Origin: Gemmatimonadaceae bacterium
Lineage (GTDB): Bacteria; Gemmatimonadota; Gemmatimonadetes; Gemmatimonadales; Gemmatimonadaceae
NCBI GenBank assembly: GCA_040902005.1
Contig: JBBDYA010000023.1
Span: forward strand, 2,140 to 42,435
DNA: 40,296 nt
Reading direction: 5' to 3'
Below, one piece after another: positions 20,187 through 29,563 of the stretch. Position 1 is the stretch's first letter, and each line of letters starts with the position of its first letter. Made by a program: the position numbers and the translations under genes. The notes beneath the pieces were generated by a model. It was not told the origin of the DNA and ran no database searches. It saw only the letters and a program-made list of their open reading frames with translations.

Positions 20187-20735
20187 ATGACCACGAACTA
20201 TGCCGGTACCTACGCGATTGACCCGACGCACACGAACGTGGAGTTCTCGGTGAAGCACCTGATGATTTCCACGGTGAAGGGTCGCTTCAGCGACGTGACG
20301 GGCACGATCGAGATCCCCACGGTGGGGCAGCCGTCGGTGACGGTGACCATCGGCGCGGCGAGCATCGATACGCGCACGGACGCGCGCGACACGCACCTGC
20401 GGTCCGCCGACTTCTTCGACGTCGAGCACTATCCGCAGCTACGGTTCGTGAGCTCCCGAACCGAACGCACCGACGGTGGATACACGCTCGTGGGCGACCT
20501 CACGATCCGGGACACGACGCGTCCGGTGACGCTGATGGTCACCGAAGAGGGCGCGGGAGTGGATCCCTGGGGGAACGAGAAGGTCGCGTTCACCGCCACT
20601 GGGAAGATCCGGCGCGGTGACTTTGGCCTGACCTGGAATGCGGCGCTCGAGGCCGGCGGCGTGCTCGTGGGCGAGGACGTGAAGATCACGATCGACGCAC
20701 AGCTCGTGAAGCAGTCGGCGGCCAGGGCCGCATAG
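20187..20735 (+). CDS. yceI: YceI-family lipid/polyisoprenoid-binding protein (no signal peptide)
   Basis: IDPTHTNVEFSVKHLMISTVKGRF, RDTHLRSADFFD, GDLTIRD, DPWG, FGLTWNAALEAGG. Confidence 0.92.
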   Translation: MTTNYAGTYAIDPTHTNVEFSVKHLMISTVKGRFSDVTGTIEIPTVGQPSVTVTIGAASIDTRTDARDTHLRSADFFDVEHYPQLRFVSSRTERTDGGYTLVGDLTIRDTTRPVTLMVTEEGAGVDPWGNEKVAFTATGKIRRGDFGLTWNAALEAGGVLVGEDVKITIDAQLVKQSAARAA

Positions 20736-20794
20736 TCGTGACCTCCGAGGCAACCATGCGCGGCCGGGATGCCCGGCCGCGATGGGTGCTGCGC

Positions 20795-21577
20795 CTATCG
20801 GCGCTCGAACTGCTGAATCGCGGCGCGCGTGTGGTCGCTGAGCGCGAGCGCTCCGCTCACCGCCGCGCGCTCGGCGAGCAGCTGCTCCCAGCCACCGGTG
20901 TCGGCCCAGAGCACCTGCTTGAGTTGCCTGATGGCGTCGGGGTTGGCTCCCGCCAGGAAGCGCACCAGCGTGTCGAGGGCGGCGTCCAGCGTCGCCACGT
21001 CGTCGAACAGGCGCGCGTACAAGCCGTGACGCTCGCCCCACTCGGCGTCGCGCCAGTCCGCGTCGATGGAAAGCGCGGCGAAGGGCCCGCGCCCCACCTT
21101 GCGCTCCACGACCGGCCCGATCACGAAGGGACCGAGCCCGACCGCCAGCTCGCTGAGCTTGAACGACGCGCCGCGTACGGCGAGCGCGTAGTCCGATGCG
21201 GCCACCAGCCCCACGCCGCCGCCCGTGACCTTGCCGTGCACGCGGCTGACGACGAACTGGGGCGCGCGCGTCATCGCGAGGATGACCTGCGCGAACCCGC
21301 TGAAGAACGCGCGACCGCTCTCGGCGTCGTGTACGGACTTCATCTCGTCGAACGAGGCGCCCGCGCAGAACGCCCCGGCCCCGTCGCTGCGCAGCACGAT
21401 CACGTTCACATCGGAGCGCTCTCCAACGGTCCGGATCTCGTCCGCCATCGTCCGCAGCAGCGCCCCCGGCAGGGAGTTGCTCTTCGGGTGCGAGAACCGG
21501 ACAGTCGCGGCGCCGGCCGCGACCTCGACCGTCACCTGGCCGTCCCGTCGCGGATCGCCGCTGCGTGGGGAACTCAT
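20795..21577 (-). CDS. Enoyl-CoA hydratase/isomerase (methylglutaconyl-CoA hydratase-like)
   Basis: [30 protein letters not shown]; start ATG 21577. Confidence 0.88.
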   Translation of the reverse strand: MSSPRSGDPRRDGQVTVEVAAGAATVRFSHPKSNSLPGALLRTMADEIRTVGERSDVNVIVLRSDGAGAFCAGASFDEMKSVHDAESGRAFFSGFAQVILAMTRAPQFVVSRVHGKVTGGGVGLVAASDYALAVRGASFKLSELAVGLGPFVIGPVVERKVGRGPFAALSIDADWRDAEWGERHGLYARLFDDVATLDAALDTLVRFLAGANPDAIRQLKQVLWADTGGWEQLLAERAAVSGALALSDHTRAAIQQFERR

Positions 21578-21624
21578 GCGCGCAAGATAGCCGGACCCCC
21601 GATGTGACAATAGATTTCCAGACC

Positions 21625-22590
21625 ATGGACGCCAGGACGACTGTCGCAGACGATCTGGGGCGCACCGCCGAGTTCGAGGCACGTATCGCGCGCGGGGAAA
21701 CGGTCGAAGCCAAGGACTGGATGCCCGAGCGCTATCGCAAGCAACTCGTGCGCATGATGTCCCAGCACGCCCACTCCGAGGTCGTTGGCATGCTCCCCGA
21801 GGGGAACTGGCTCACGCGCGCCCCCACCTTGCGGCGCAAGATGGGGCTGCTGGCCAAGGTGCAGGACGAGGCGGGACACGGGCTGTACATCTACTGCGGC
21901 ACCGAAACCCTGGGCGTGGACCGGCATGAGCTGGTGCGCCAGCTGCTGAACGGCACCGCCAAGTACTCGAGCATCTTCAACTATCCCACGCTCACGTGGG
22001 CGGACATCGGCGCCATCGGCTGGCTGGTGGACGGTGCGGCGATCGTGAACCAGACCATGCTGGCCAAGGCGTCGTACGGGCCCTACGCGCGCGCGATGGT
22101 GCGCATCTGCAGGGAAGAGAACTTCCACAAGAAGCAGGGCTTCGAGATCATGACGACGCTCGCGGGTGGCACACCGGAACAGCGTCGCATGGCGCAGGAC
22201 GCATTGAACCGCTGGTGGTGGCCGTCGCTCATGATGTTCGGGCCGCATGACAAGGATTCGCCCAACAGCGAAGAGATGTCGCGCTGGGGGGTAAAGCGAA
22301 AGAGCAACGATGAGCTGCGCCAGCGGTTCATCAACCTCACGGTGGCACAGGCAACGGCGATCGGGCTGGAGATCCCGGATCCGCGAATGCGCTTCAACGA
22401 GGACTCGCAGAACTGGGACATCGGGCCCATCGACTGGGACGAGTTCTGGCGCGTGGTGAAGGGCGACGGCCCCTGCAATCACGAACGACTCGCGGCGCGC
22501 AACAGGGCGCACGACGACGGGGAGTGGGTGCGCGTCGCCGCCAGTGCGTACGCCGCGAAGCACGCGCGACGCGACGCCGAGGCGGCATGA
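21625..22590 (+). CDS. paaA: 1,2-phenylacetyl-CoA epoxidase subunit A
   Basis: [54 protein letters not shown]. Confidence 0.97.
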   Translation: MDARTTVADDLGRTAEFEARIARGETVEAKDWMPERYRKQLVRMMSQHAHSEVVGMLPEGNWLTRAPTLRRKMGLLAKVQDEAGHGLYIYCGTETLGVDRHELVRQLLNGTAKYSSIFNYPTLTWADIGAIGWLVDGAAIVNQTMLAKASYGPYARAMVRICREENFHKKQGFEIMTTLAGGTPEQRRMAQDALNRWWWPSLMMFGPHDKDSPNSEEMSRWGVKRKSNDELRQRFINLTVAQATAIGLEIPDPRMRFNEDSQNWDIGPIDWDEFWRVVKGDGPCNHERLAARNRAHDDGEWVRVAASAYAAKHARRDAEAA

Positions 22591-22931
22591 AGAAGGGGGG
22601 GGAGGGTGGTGGGGGGGGGAACGGCTCGCCAACGGCCGCGAACGCCGTCGCGGATTCCGAATGGCCGCTCTGGGAAGTATTCGTGCAGCCCGGCAATGGC
22701 GCGCCGCATGAGCATTGCGGAAGCGTGCACGCCGTGGACGCGGAGCAGGCCCTGCAGAACGCGCGCGACGTGTACGCGCGGCGCGGCGAAGCGATCAACA
22801 TCTGGGTGGTGCCCACCGCCGCCATCACCTCGTCCACACCGGACGACATGGGTCCCTTCTTCGATCCGGGGAACGACAAGCCCTACCGGCATCCACAATT
22901 CTACAAGGTGCCCCGCGGCGTGAAGATGTAA
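22587..22931 (+). CDS. paaB: 1,2-phenylacetyl-CoA epoxidase subunit B
   Basis: [39 protein letters not shown] overlap with paaA. Confidence 0.95.
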   Translation: MKKGGEGGGGGNGSPTAANAVADSEWPLWEVFVQPGNGAPHEHCGSVHAVDAEQALQNARDVYARRGEAINIWVVPTAAITSSTPDDMGPFFDPGNDKPYRHPQFYKVPRGVKM

Positions 22932-23683
22932 TGAGCGGCGACGCGTTCGAGTATCTGTTGCGTCTGGGCGACGACCGGCTCGTGCTCGGGCACCGGTTGT
23001 CGGAGTGGTGCGGCCACGCTCCCATTCTCGAGGAAGACATCGCGCTGGCCAATATCGCGCTCGATCTCGTAGGGCAGGCCACGCTGCTGCTGTCACTCGC
23101 CGCCCGAATCGAGAAGGGAAGCCGCGATGCCGACGCACTGGCGTTTCTGCGGGACGCCATCGACTATCGCAACGCGCTGCTCGTGGAACTCCCGAGGGGG
23201 GACTTCGCGTTCACGATCGCGCGGCAGTTCTTCTTCAGCGTGTACTCCATGCTTCAGGCCGCGGCGCTCCAGCGCTCGACCGACGAGGACCTGGCAGGCA
23301 TCGCCAGCAAGATGCTGAAGGAGTCCCGGTATCACGTGCGGCACAGCGGCGAGTGGATGCTGCGGCTCGGCGACGGCACCGATGACAGCCACCTGCGCCT
23401 GCAGGCCGCGGTGAACGGGCTCTGGCGCTATACCGGGGAGCTCTTTCTGCCGGACGAGCTGGAGCGACGGCTCGCCGGCGCCGGGTTTGGCGTGGACTCG
23501 GTCACGCTGGAAGTCCCCTGGCGCGCGCAGGTGGACGACATCCTCCAGCGCGCGCGACTCACCGTGCCCGAGACGAAGTGGATGCAGCGTGGCGGACGCA
23601 CGGGTCAGCACACCGAGCATCTCGGACTGATGCTGGCGGAGATGCAGGTGCTTCAGCGACAGCATCCGGGCGCCGCATGGTGA
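22931..23683 (+). CDS. paaC: 1,2-phenylacetyl-CoA epoxidase subunit C
   Basis: LRLGDDRLVLGHRLSEWCGHAPILEEDIALANIALD, KESRYH, RLGDGT, GQHTEHLG, HPGAAW. Confidence 0.96.
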   Translation: MSGDAFEYLLRLGDDRLVLGHRLSEWCGHAPILEEDIALANIALDLVGQATLLLSLAARIEKGSRDADALAFLRDAIDYRNALLVELPRGDFAFTIARQFFFSVYSMLQAAALQRSTDEDLAGIASKMLKESRYHVRHSGEWMLRLGDGTDDSHLRLQAAVNGLWRYTGELFLPDELERRLAGAGFGVDSVTLEVPWRAQVDDILQRARLTVPETKWMQRGGRTGQHTEHLGLMLAEMQVLQRQHPGAAW

Positions 23684-24186
23684 GCCGCCCGACGCCGGCG
23701 CTGACGCGCGACGCGATCTACGCGATCCTCAACGAGGTCATGGATCCCGAGGTGCCGGTGCTGAGCGTGGTCGAGCTCGGGATCATCCGTGGCGTCGAGG
23801 TCGATGGCAACGGCGTAACCGTCACGGTGACCCCCACCTACTCCGGGTGTCCGGCGATGAAAGTCATCGAAGACGACATCGTCGCCGCCATTCGGGCGCA
23901 TGGCGTCGACGAGGTCCAGGTGAAAACCACGTTCACCCCGGCCTGGACCACGGACTGGATCCCCGCCGAGGCGCGGGAAAAGCTCCGCGCCTACGGCATC
24001 GCGCCCCCCGGGGCGGCGGAGCACGACGCACCCGTCGCGATCGGCCGCCGTCGCCCGGTCGTGCGCTGTCCCTGGTGCGGCTCGGGCGACACGGAGTTGC
24101 GGAGCGAATTCGGATCCACGGCGTGCAAGTCCATCCACATGTGCCGTGGATGCGACCAGCCGTTCGAGGAGTTCAAGCCGATCTAG
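23677..24186 (+). CDS. paaD: Phenylacetyl-CoA epoxidase maturation subunit D
   Basis: DPEVPVLSVVELG, TPTYSGCPA, PAWTTDW, CPWCGS, FGSTACK, CRGCDQPFEEFK. Confidence 0.96.
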   Translation: MVSRPTPALTRDAIYAILNEVMDPEVPVLSVVELGIIRGVEVDGNGVTVTVTPTYSGCPAMKVIEDDIVAAIRAHGVDEVQVKTTFTPAWTTDWIPAEAREKLRAYGIAPPGAAEHDAPVAIGRRRPVVRCPWCGSGDTELRSEFGSTACKSIHMCRGCDQPFEEFKPI

Positions 24187-24194
24187 GGATCCTC

Positions 24195-24275
24195 TGTCAT
24201 CCCGAGCGCGGCGAGGGATCTGCTGTTCTTGAGGTCAATTGCAGATTCCTCGCCGCTGCGCGACTCGGAATGACA
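24195..24275. repeat. Intergenic palindromic element (TGTCAT...ATGACA type) between convergent genes; possible bidirectional terminator
   Basis: Left arm tgtcatcccgagcgcggcgagggatctgc (24195-24223) pairs with right arm gcagattcctcgccgctgcgcgactcggaatgaca (24241-24275). Confidence 0.8.
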
Positions 24276-24285
24276 TTCTTCGGCA

Positions 24286-24864
24286 TCAACCGGGGAACTG
24301 GGTGTCCGAGATCAGGGCGACGTTGAAGGTACCATTGGTCGCGGTGAACGGCTGCTCTTCGCCGTCGAAGTCATAGCAGAAGCCGGTGCCCGAAAACGTG
24401 CCCTGCGCCCGGGTGGTCGAGATCGACGAGATCGCCACGGAGCCGGTGGTGAGGACGCAGAAGAAGTCGTACGTGAACCCGGAGTTGCTAACCCCCCGAT
24501 AGAAGACGATTCCCGTGCAGTCGACGTCCACGTCGGGATCGCATCCGGCGCCGACGCCGCTGCTCCCCGGCGTGAGCCGGGTGACCGCGAGGATGGTAAA
24601 ATCATGCGTCGTGGAGGAGCGAGGCTGCACGGAGACGACACCCAGCAGTCCATCGGCCTCTTGCCGCGTTCCCACCGCCCAGGATGACGTTCCCAACTGC
24701 CCCTGGCTGGTGAAGTCACCGCTGGCGTTGTGCGTGCCGCCGCCCCCGCCGGTGTACGTGAAGGACAGCGCGCCGTCGAAGCCGACGATCGGCTCCGTCG
24801 TGCTGTCGGAACAGCCGGACGCGAATGCAAGCGCTGCGAGTAGGGCGATGCCACGATGTGTCAC
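24286..24864 (-). CDS. Hypothetical lipoprotein
   Basis: GTG 24864 after AAGGAA; MTHRGIALLAALAFASG-CSDSTTEP; beta-rich Gly/Ser/Thr sequence with four further Cys. Confidence 0.8.
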   Translation of the reverse strand: MTHRGIALLAALAFASGCSDSTTEPIVGFDGALSFTYTGGGGGTHNASGDFTSQGQLGTSSWAVGTRQEADGLLGVVSVQPRSSTTHDFTILAVTRLTPGSSGVGAGCDPDVDVDCTGIVFYRGVSNSGFTYDFFCVLTTGSVAISSISTTRAQGTFSGTGFCYDFDGEEQPFTATNGTFNVALISDTQFPG

Positions 24865-24960
24865 AGGTTCCTTCGTGTGAGGTGAGCAGGGACAATAACT
24901 CACCCGCCCCTGAAGACTCAATGCCGTGTGTCACTTACGCACTGTGGCGAACGCGACCAT

Positions 24961-27078
24961 TCAGGTCGTGAGCAGCGCCTCGATACGATCGGCAATCCGA
25001 TCGGCGTCGGGCAGCACCGCGTTCAGCAGGACCGGGTGGTACGGCATCGGGACGTCTTCGACCGCCAGGCGGTCCACCGGCGCGTCCAGATGCCAGAACG
25101 ATTCCTTGGCGACGCTCGCCGCGATCTCCGCGCCGAAGCCGGCCGTGATGTTGTCCTCATGAACGATCAGGCAGCGTCCCGTCCGTGCCACGGACGCCAG
25201 GACGCGCTCGCGGTCCCAGGGCGCGATCGTCCGCAGGTCGATCACGTCCACTCGGCCGGCAAACCGATCCGCGGCCGGGAGCACGCGATGCACCATCGCT
25301 CCCCACGTGACCACCGTCAGATCAGACCCCTCGCGCAACGTCACGCCGCGGCCGAAGGGAACGAGATAGTCGTCGCCCGGCCAGGGCGCGCTGCCGTCGC
25401 TCGTCATCAGCAGCGAGCGGTGCTCGAAGAAGATCGTCGGGTTCCGGCCGCGCATCGCGGCGCGCAGCAGGCCCGCGGCATCGGCCGCATTCGAGGGGTA
25501 CGCCACCTGCCATCCACAGTTGTGCGCCCACTGCACCTCACCGCTGAGCGAATGCCACGGATCGCCCACGTCCTTGCCGAAGCCACCGGGCATCCGCACC
25601 ACGATCGGCGCCGCGAAGCGGTTGGCCGTCCGCCACCGCATCGTCCCGCAGTTGTTCAGCTGCTCGTGCGCCGGATCGGCGTACTTCCGGAACTGGATCT
25701 CGGCGACGGGCATCAGCCCGGCGATCGCCATGCCCACGGCCCGGCCGATGATGCCCTCCTCGGAGAGGCTCGTGTCGAACACGCGCCGGTCGCCGAATTC
25801 GCGTTGCAGCCCCTCGGTCACCAAGTGGACCCCGCCCTTGCGACCTACGTCCTCGCCAAAGACGAGCATCTTGTTGTTCACTTCCAGTTCGCGCTTGAGC
25901 ACGCGTCGGATCGCCTCGGCGAGCCGCAGCGGCTCGCCGCTGGGCGCCGGTATTTCGGTTCCGCCCAGCGCGTCGATCTCGCCGGGGGACAGGCCACCCA
26001 TTTCGGCCGGCACTCCCTCCTCGGCGTACACGAATCGCTTGATTCCCGCCGGATCCGGCGCGGGGCGCGCGCGCGCCGCGGTGAGCCCCGCGGCCACGTC
26101 GCGCGCGACCGCCGCTTCCACCGCGCGCCAGTCCTGCGGCGACAGCAGTTTCGGAACGACGTGACTCTTCAGCCGCGGCAGCGGGTCGCGTGCGGCGTCG
26201 TCGGCGATCTCAGCGTCGGTGCGATAGCCTTTCTGGTTGTCCGGGCCCGAATGGCTGCTGAGCCTTGGCACCGTGAGACGCACGAGGGCCGGCCCCGCTC
26301 CGCGCCGAACGTGGGCCACCGATTCGTGGAGCAGCCGTGACGCCTCCGCCGGGTCGGTGCCGTCTCCGTCGCGCACGAACAGATTGGCAAACGATCCCAG
26401 GTTGCGCGCGATGTTCCCGCCCGGCGTCTGCATGTCGCCGGGCACGGAAATACCCAGCCCATTGTCCTCCACGTAGAACAGCATGGGCAGGGAGAGCGTG
26501 GTGGCCATGGTGAGCGCGGACCAGAACCCGTTGGTGGCCACCGATGCCTCGCCGCCAAGCACCACCGCGATCGCGCCGTCCCAGGAATCGTCGCGGAGCA
26601 CGTCGCGGTGGTAGAGGATGGACTGCGCCCATCCGGCGGCCGGCGTGTACTGCGAGCCCACGTCGCCCGACATCGGAAGCACCACCGGCCCGTCCCGATT
26701 CGGCAGGTTGCAGACGACGCCGATGTCCCGGCCGTCGCTGAATCCGCCGGCGCGCCCGAGGGGGCTGCCGAAGGCGTCGTCGATCGACAGGCCAAGCGCC
26801 AGCAGCAGCGGGCGAGACCGGTAGTAGGCGCTGGCCGCGTCGCGCGGATGCGTGATCAGCGAGCCCAGGATCGCCTGCGCCACGTCGTGCCCGCGGGCGG
26901 AGAACTGGTAAAGCACCAGGTGCTCCTTGGGCACCTTGGCGCGGTTCCGGTTCGTCTCTTCCTCGACATCGTCGAGGGCGCGTGACACCAGCGTGTGGTA
27001 CACGATGCGGCGCCAGTCGAAGTCCGGGTGCTGGCGCGCGCGACGCGTGGCGGTCTTGCTCAGGGAAGGCGAGGCCAT
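24961..27078 (-). CDS. Fused alpha/beta E1 component of a 2-oxoacid dehydrogenase (ThDP-dependent, BCKDH-like)
   Basis: Alpha part: SARGHD, YYRSR, GGEASVATNGFW...EDN, HSGPD. Beta part: FGEDVG, VFDTSLSEEGIIG, EIQF, WHS, FFEHR, DLRTIAPWD. Confidence 0.92.
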   Translation of the reverse strand: MASPSLSKTATRRARQHPDFDWRRIVYHTLVSRALDDVEEETNRNRAKVPKEHLVLYQFSARGHDVAQAILGSLITHPRDAASAYYRSRPLLLALGLSIDDAFGSPLGRAGGFSDGRDIGVVCNLPNRDGPVVLPMSGDVGSQYTPAAGWAQSILYHRDVLRDDSWDGAIAVVLGGEASVATNGFWSALTMATTLSLPMLFYVEDNGLGISVPGDMQTPGGNIARNLGSFANLFVRDGDGTDPAEASRLLHESVAHVRRGAGPALVRLTVPRLSSHSGPDNQKGYRTDAEIADDAARDPLPRLKSHVVPKLLSPQDWRAVEAAVARDVAAGLTAARARPAPDPAGIKRFVYAEEGVPAEMGGLSPGEIDALGGTEIPAPSGEPLRLAEAIRRVLKRELEVNNKMLVFGEDVGRKGGVHLVTEGLQREFGDRRVFDTSLSEEGIIGRAVGMAIAGLMPVAEIQFRKYADPAHEQLNNCGTMRWRTANRFAAPIVVRMPGGFGKDVGDPWHSLSGEVQWAHNCGWQVAYPSNAADAAGLLRAAMRGRNPTIFFEHRSLLMTSDGSAPWPGDDYLVPFGRGVTLREGSDLTVVTWGAMVHRVLPAADRFAGRVDVIDLRTIAPWDRERVLASVARTGRCLIVHEDNITAGFGAEIAASVAKESFWHLDAPVDRLAVEDVPMPYHPVLLNAVLPDADRIADRIEALLTT

Positions 27079-27156
27079 GTCGGAGCGAAGTATCGGCCGC
27101 GCTCACGTAAGACGCAACGGCCGCGTAACTTACCGTGATAATATTCGACCCATCCC

Positions 27157-27936
27157 ATGGCATACGAGTTCATCGCATCCTCTGTGGCCGAGGGCGTCAG
27201 CACCGTTACGCTGAACCGTCCCGACGTGCTCAATGCATTCAACCGCCGGATGGCGCAGGAGCTGCAGTCCGCCCTGGCGCACGCAGCGGAAGACCCGGCC
27301 ATTCGTGCCGTGCTCCTCACCGGCGCGGGACGGGGTTTCTGCGCCGGCCAGGATCTGGGAGAGGCGATGGCGGCCAAGCTCGATCTCGGCGAGATCGTGA
27401 AGACGAGCTACAACCCGATCATCACGGCGATCCGCGAGATGGACAAGCCGGTGGTGTGCGCGGTGAACGGCGTCGCGGCCGGTGCCGGCGCGAACCTCGC
27501 GCTGGCATGTGACGTGGTGATCGCGGCGGAGGATGCCTCCTTCATCCAGAGCTTCAGCAAGGTCGGACTCGTTCCGGACACGAGCGGCACTTTCTTTCTG
27601 CCGCGGCTCGTGGGGCCGGCGCGGGCGGCCGCCCTGATGTTCTTCGCCGACAAGCTGCCAGCGACGAAGGCGTTGGAGTGGGGGATGATCTACCAGGTGG
27701 TGCCGTCCACGGTGCTGCTCGAGACCGCGAACTCGCTGACGCGGCAACTGGCCGCGATGCCAACGCGCGGGCTGGCGCTGACCAAGCGCGCCCTCAACGC
27801 GTCCTTCGCGAACGATCTCCAGTCGCAGCTCGCGCTGGAGCAGGAGCTGCAGGGACAGGCGGGGCGCACGGAGGACTACGCCGAAGGAGTGCAGGCGTTT
27901 CTCGAGAAGCGAAAGCCAGCCTACGTGGGACGTTGA
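27157..27936 (+). CDS. paaG: 1,2-epoxyphenylacetyl-CoA isomerase
   Basis: GRGFCAGQDL, YNPII, VAAGAGANLALACD, FSKVGLVPD (catalytic Asp), EGVQAFLEKR. Confidence 0.9.
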   Translation: MAYEFIASSVAEGVSTVTLNRPDVLNAFNRRMAQELQSALAHAAEDPAIRAVLLTGAGRGFCAGQDLGEAMAAKLDLGEIVKTSYNPIITAIREMDKPVVCAVNGVAAGAGANLALACDVVIAAEDASFIQSFSKVGLVPDTSGTFFLPRLVGPARAAALMFFADKLPATKALEWGMIYQVVPSTVLLETANSLTRQLAAMPTRGLALTKRALNASFANDLQSQLALEQELQGQAGRTEDYAEGVQAFLEKRKPAYVGR

Positions 27937-29135
27937 TGACGTCGCCCGCGCAGTCGTTGTCGGAGCACGCCACCATCGGGATCCTCGGCGCCGGCGCGAT
28001 GGGCAGCGGCATTGCGCAGGTGGCCGCGGTTGCCGGGCACGAGGTGGTGGTGGTGGACGCGCTCCCCGCCTCCATAGAGAAGGCGCGGCAGGGAATCCAG
28101 AAGGCCCTGGCCCGCGAGGTGGAGAAGGGACGGATGTCGGCGGCCACGGCGCACGAATCGGAGCGGCGCCTCACGTTCGTCAGCGTCAGCGGCGACTATG
28201 CGGCGTTTCGCGGGTGCGGCCTCGTGATCGAGGCGATCGTGGAGGATCTCGACGCCAAGCAGCGCGCATTCAAGGCGATCGAAGCCGTGGTGGATGCGTC
28301 GTGTGTGCTCGCGACGAATACCTCGTCGCTCTCGGTGGCCGCGATCGGCGCCGGATGCGCCCACCCCGGCCGCGTGATTGGCCTGCACTTCTTCAACCCC
28401 GCGCCGGTGTTGCCGCTGGTGGAAGTTGTAAGCGCCATCACGAGCGATCCGGGCGTGGTGGCCGGCGCGCGGGCGCTGGTGGACCGCTGGGGGAAGGTGA
28501 CGGTGCTCGCGGCGGATACGCCGGGGTTCATCGTCAATCGCGTGGCGCGCCCGTTCTATGGAGAATCGCTACGGATTCTCGAGGAGGGCATCGCTGATGT
28601 CGCGACGATCGATTGGGCGCTCAGGGAGCTCGGCGGATTCCGCATGGGTCCGTTCGAGCTGATGGACCTCATCGGGAACGACGTCAACTACGCGGTGACT
28701 CGCGGTGTGTTCGAGGCGCTCGGCTGCGATCCGCGCTACCGCCCGTCCGTGACCCAGCGCCGCATGGTGGACGCCGGCCGCCTGGGCCGAAAGTCCGGCG
28801 TCGGGTACTACGACTACCGGAGCGGCGCGGAGAAGCCCGGGCCGAATACCGATCCGGCGCTGGGCGCGCGGGTGCTGGACCGGGTGGTCGCGATGCTGAT
28901 CAACGAGGCGGCGGACGCCACGCTCTTCGGCGTCGCGAGTCCGGCGGACATCGATCTGGCCATGACGCGGGGCGTGAACTATCCGAAAGGGCTACTCGCC
29001 TGGGCCGACGATCTTGGCGTCGCGAACGTGTATCAGCGCATGGTCGCGCTCCACGATGAATACGCGGAGGATCGCTATCGCCCCAGCGCGCTCCTGCGTC
29101 GCATGGCGCGGGAAGGGAGGCGATTTCATTCGTGA
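27936..29135 (+). CDS. paaH: 3-hydroxyacyl-CoA (3-hydroxyadipyl-CoA) dehydrogenase
   Basis: ATG 27936 overlaps the paaG stop; GAGAMGSGIA, NTSSLS, HFFNPAP, GFIVNR, MGPFELMDLIG, GVNYPKG. Confidence 0.9.
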   Translation: MTSPAQSLSEHATIGILGAGAMGSGIAQVAAVAGHEVVVVDALPASIEKARQGIQKALAREVEKGRMSAATAHESERRLTFVSVSGDYAAFRGCGLVIEAIVEDLDAKQRAFKAIEAVVDASCVLATNTSSLSVAAIGAGCAHPGRVIGLHFFNPAPVLPLVEVVSAITSDPGVVAGARALVDRWGKVTVLAADTPGFIVNRVARPFYGESLRILEEGIADVATIDWALRELGGFRMGPFELMDLIGNDVNYAVTRGVFEALGCDPRYRPSVTQRRMVDAGRLGRKSGVGYYDYRSGAEKPGPNTDPALGARVLDRVVAMLINEAADATLFGVASPADIDLAMTRGVNYPKGLLAWADDLGVANVYQRMVALHDEYAEDRYRPSALLRRMAREGRRFHS

Positions 29136-29563
29136 GCGACGGGGATGAGCAGGCGCTCGCCGAGCGCGTCGTGCGGGGGATGCTGGCGAAGGACGCCTTC
29201 AGCAGATGGCTCGGCGTCGAGATGGTGGAGATCAAGCCGCGCCGGTCGGTGATTCGCATGATCGTGCGTGCGGAGATGGTGAACGGGTTTGGCGTCTCGC
29301 ACGGCGGCGTGGCCTACGCGCTGGCGGACAGCGCGCTGGCGTTTGCCGCCAACACGCATGGGAAGGTGACCGTGGCGATCGAAAACTCGATCTCCTATCC
29401 GAAGGCGATCCAGACCGGCGACACCCTGACCGCGGCCGCGGACGAGGAAAGCGGAACGAACCGGCTGGGATTCTATCGCGTCGTCGTCCGGAATCAGCGC
29501 GACGAGCTGGTGGCCAGCTTTCGCGGAACGGTATTCAAGACCCATCGGGAGCACGATGTCTGA
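29132..29563 (+). CDS. paaI: Hotdog-fold acyl-CoA thioesterase
   Basis: DAFSRWLG, MVNGFGVSHGG, LADSALAFAAN, FRG. Confidence 0.92.
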   Translation: MSDGDEQALAERVVRGMLAKDAFSRWLGVEMVEIKPRRSVIRMIVRAEMVNGFGVSHGGVAYALADSALAFAANTHGKVTVAIENSISYPKAIQTGDTLTAAADEESGTNRLGFYRVVVRNQRDELVASFRGTVFKTHREHDV

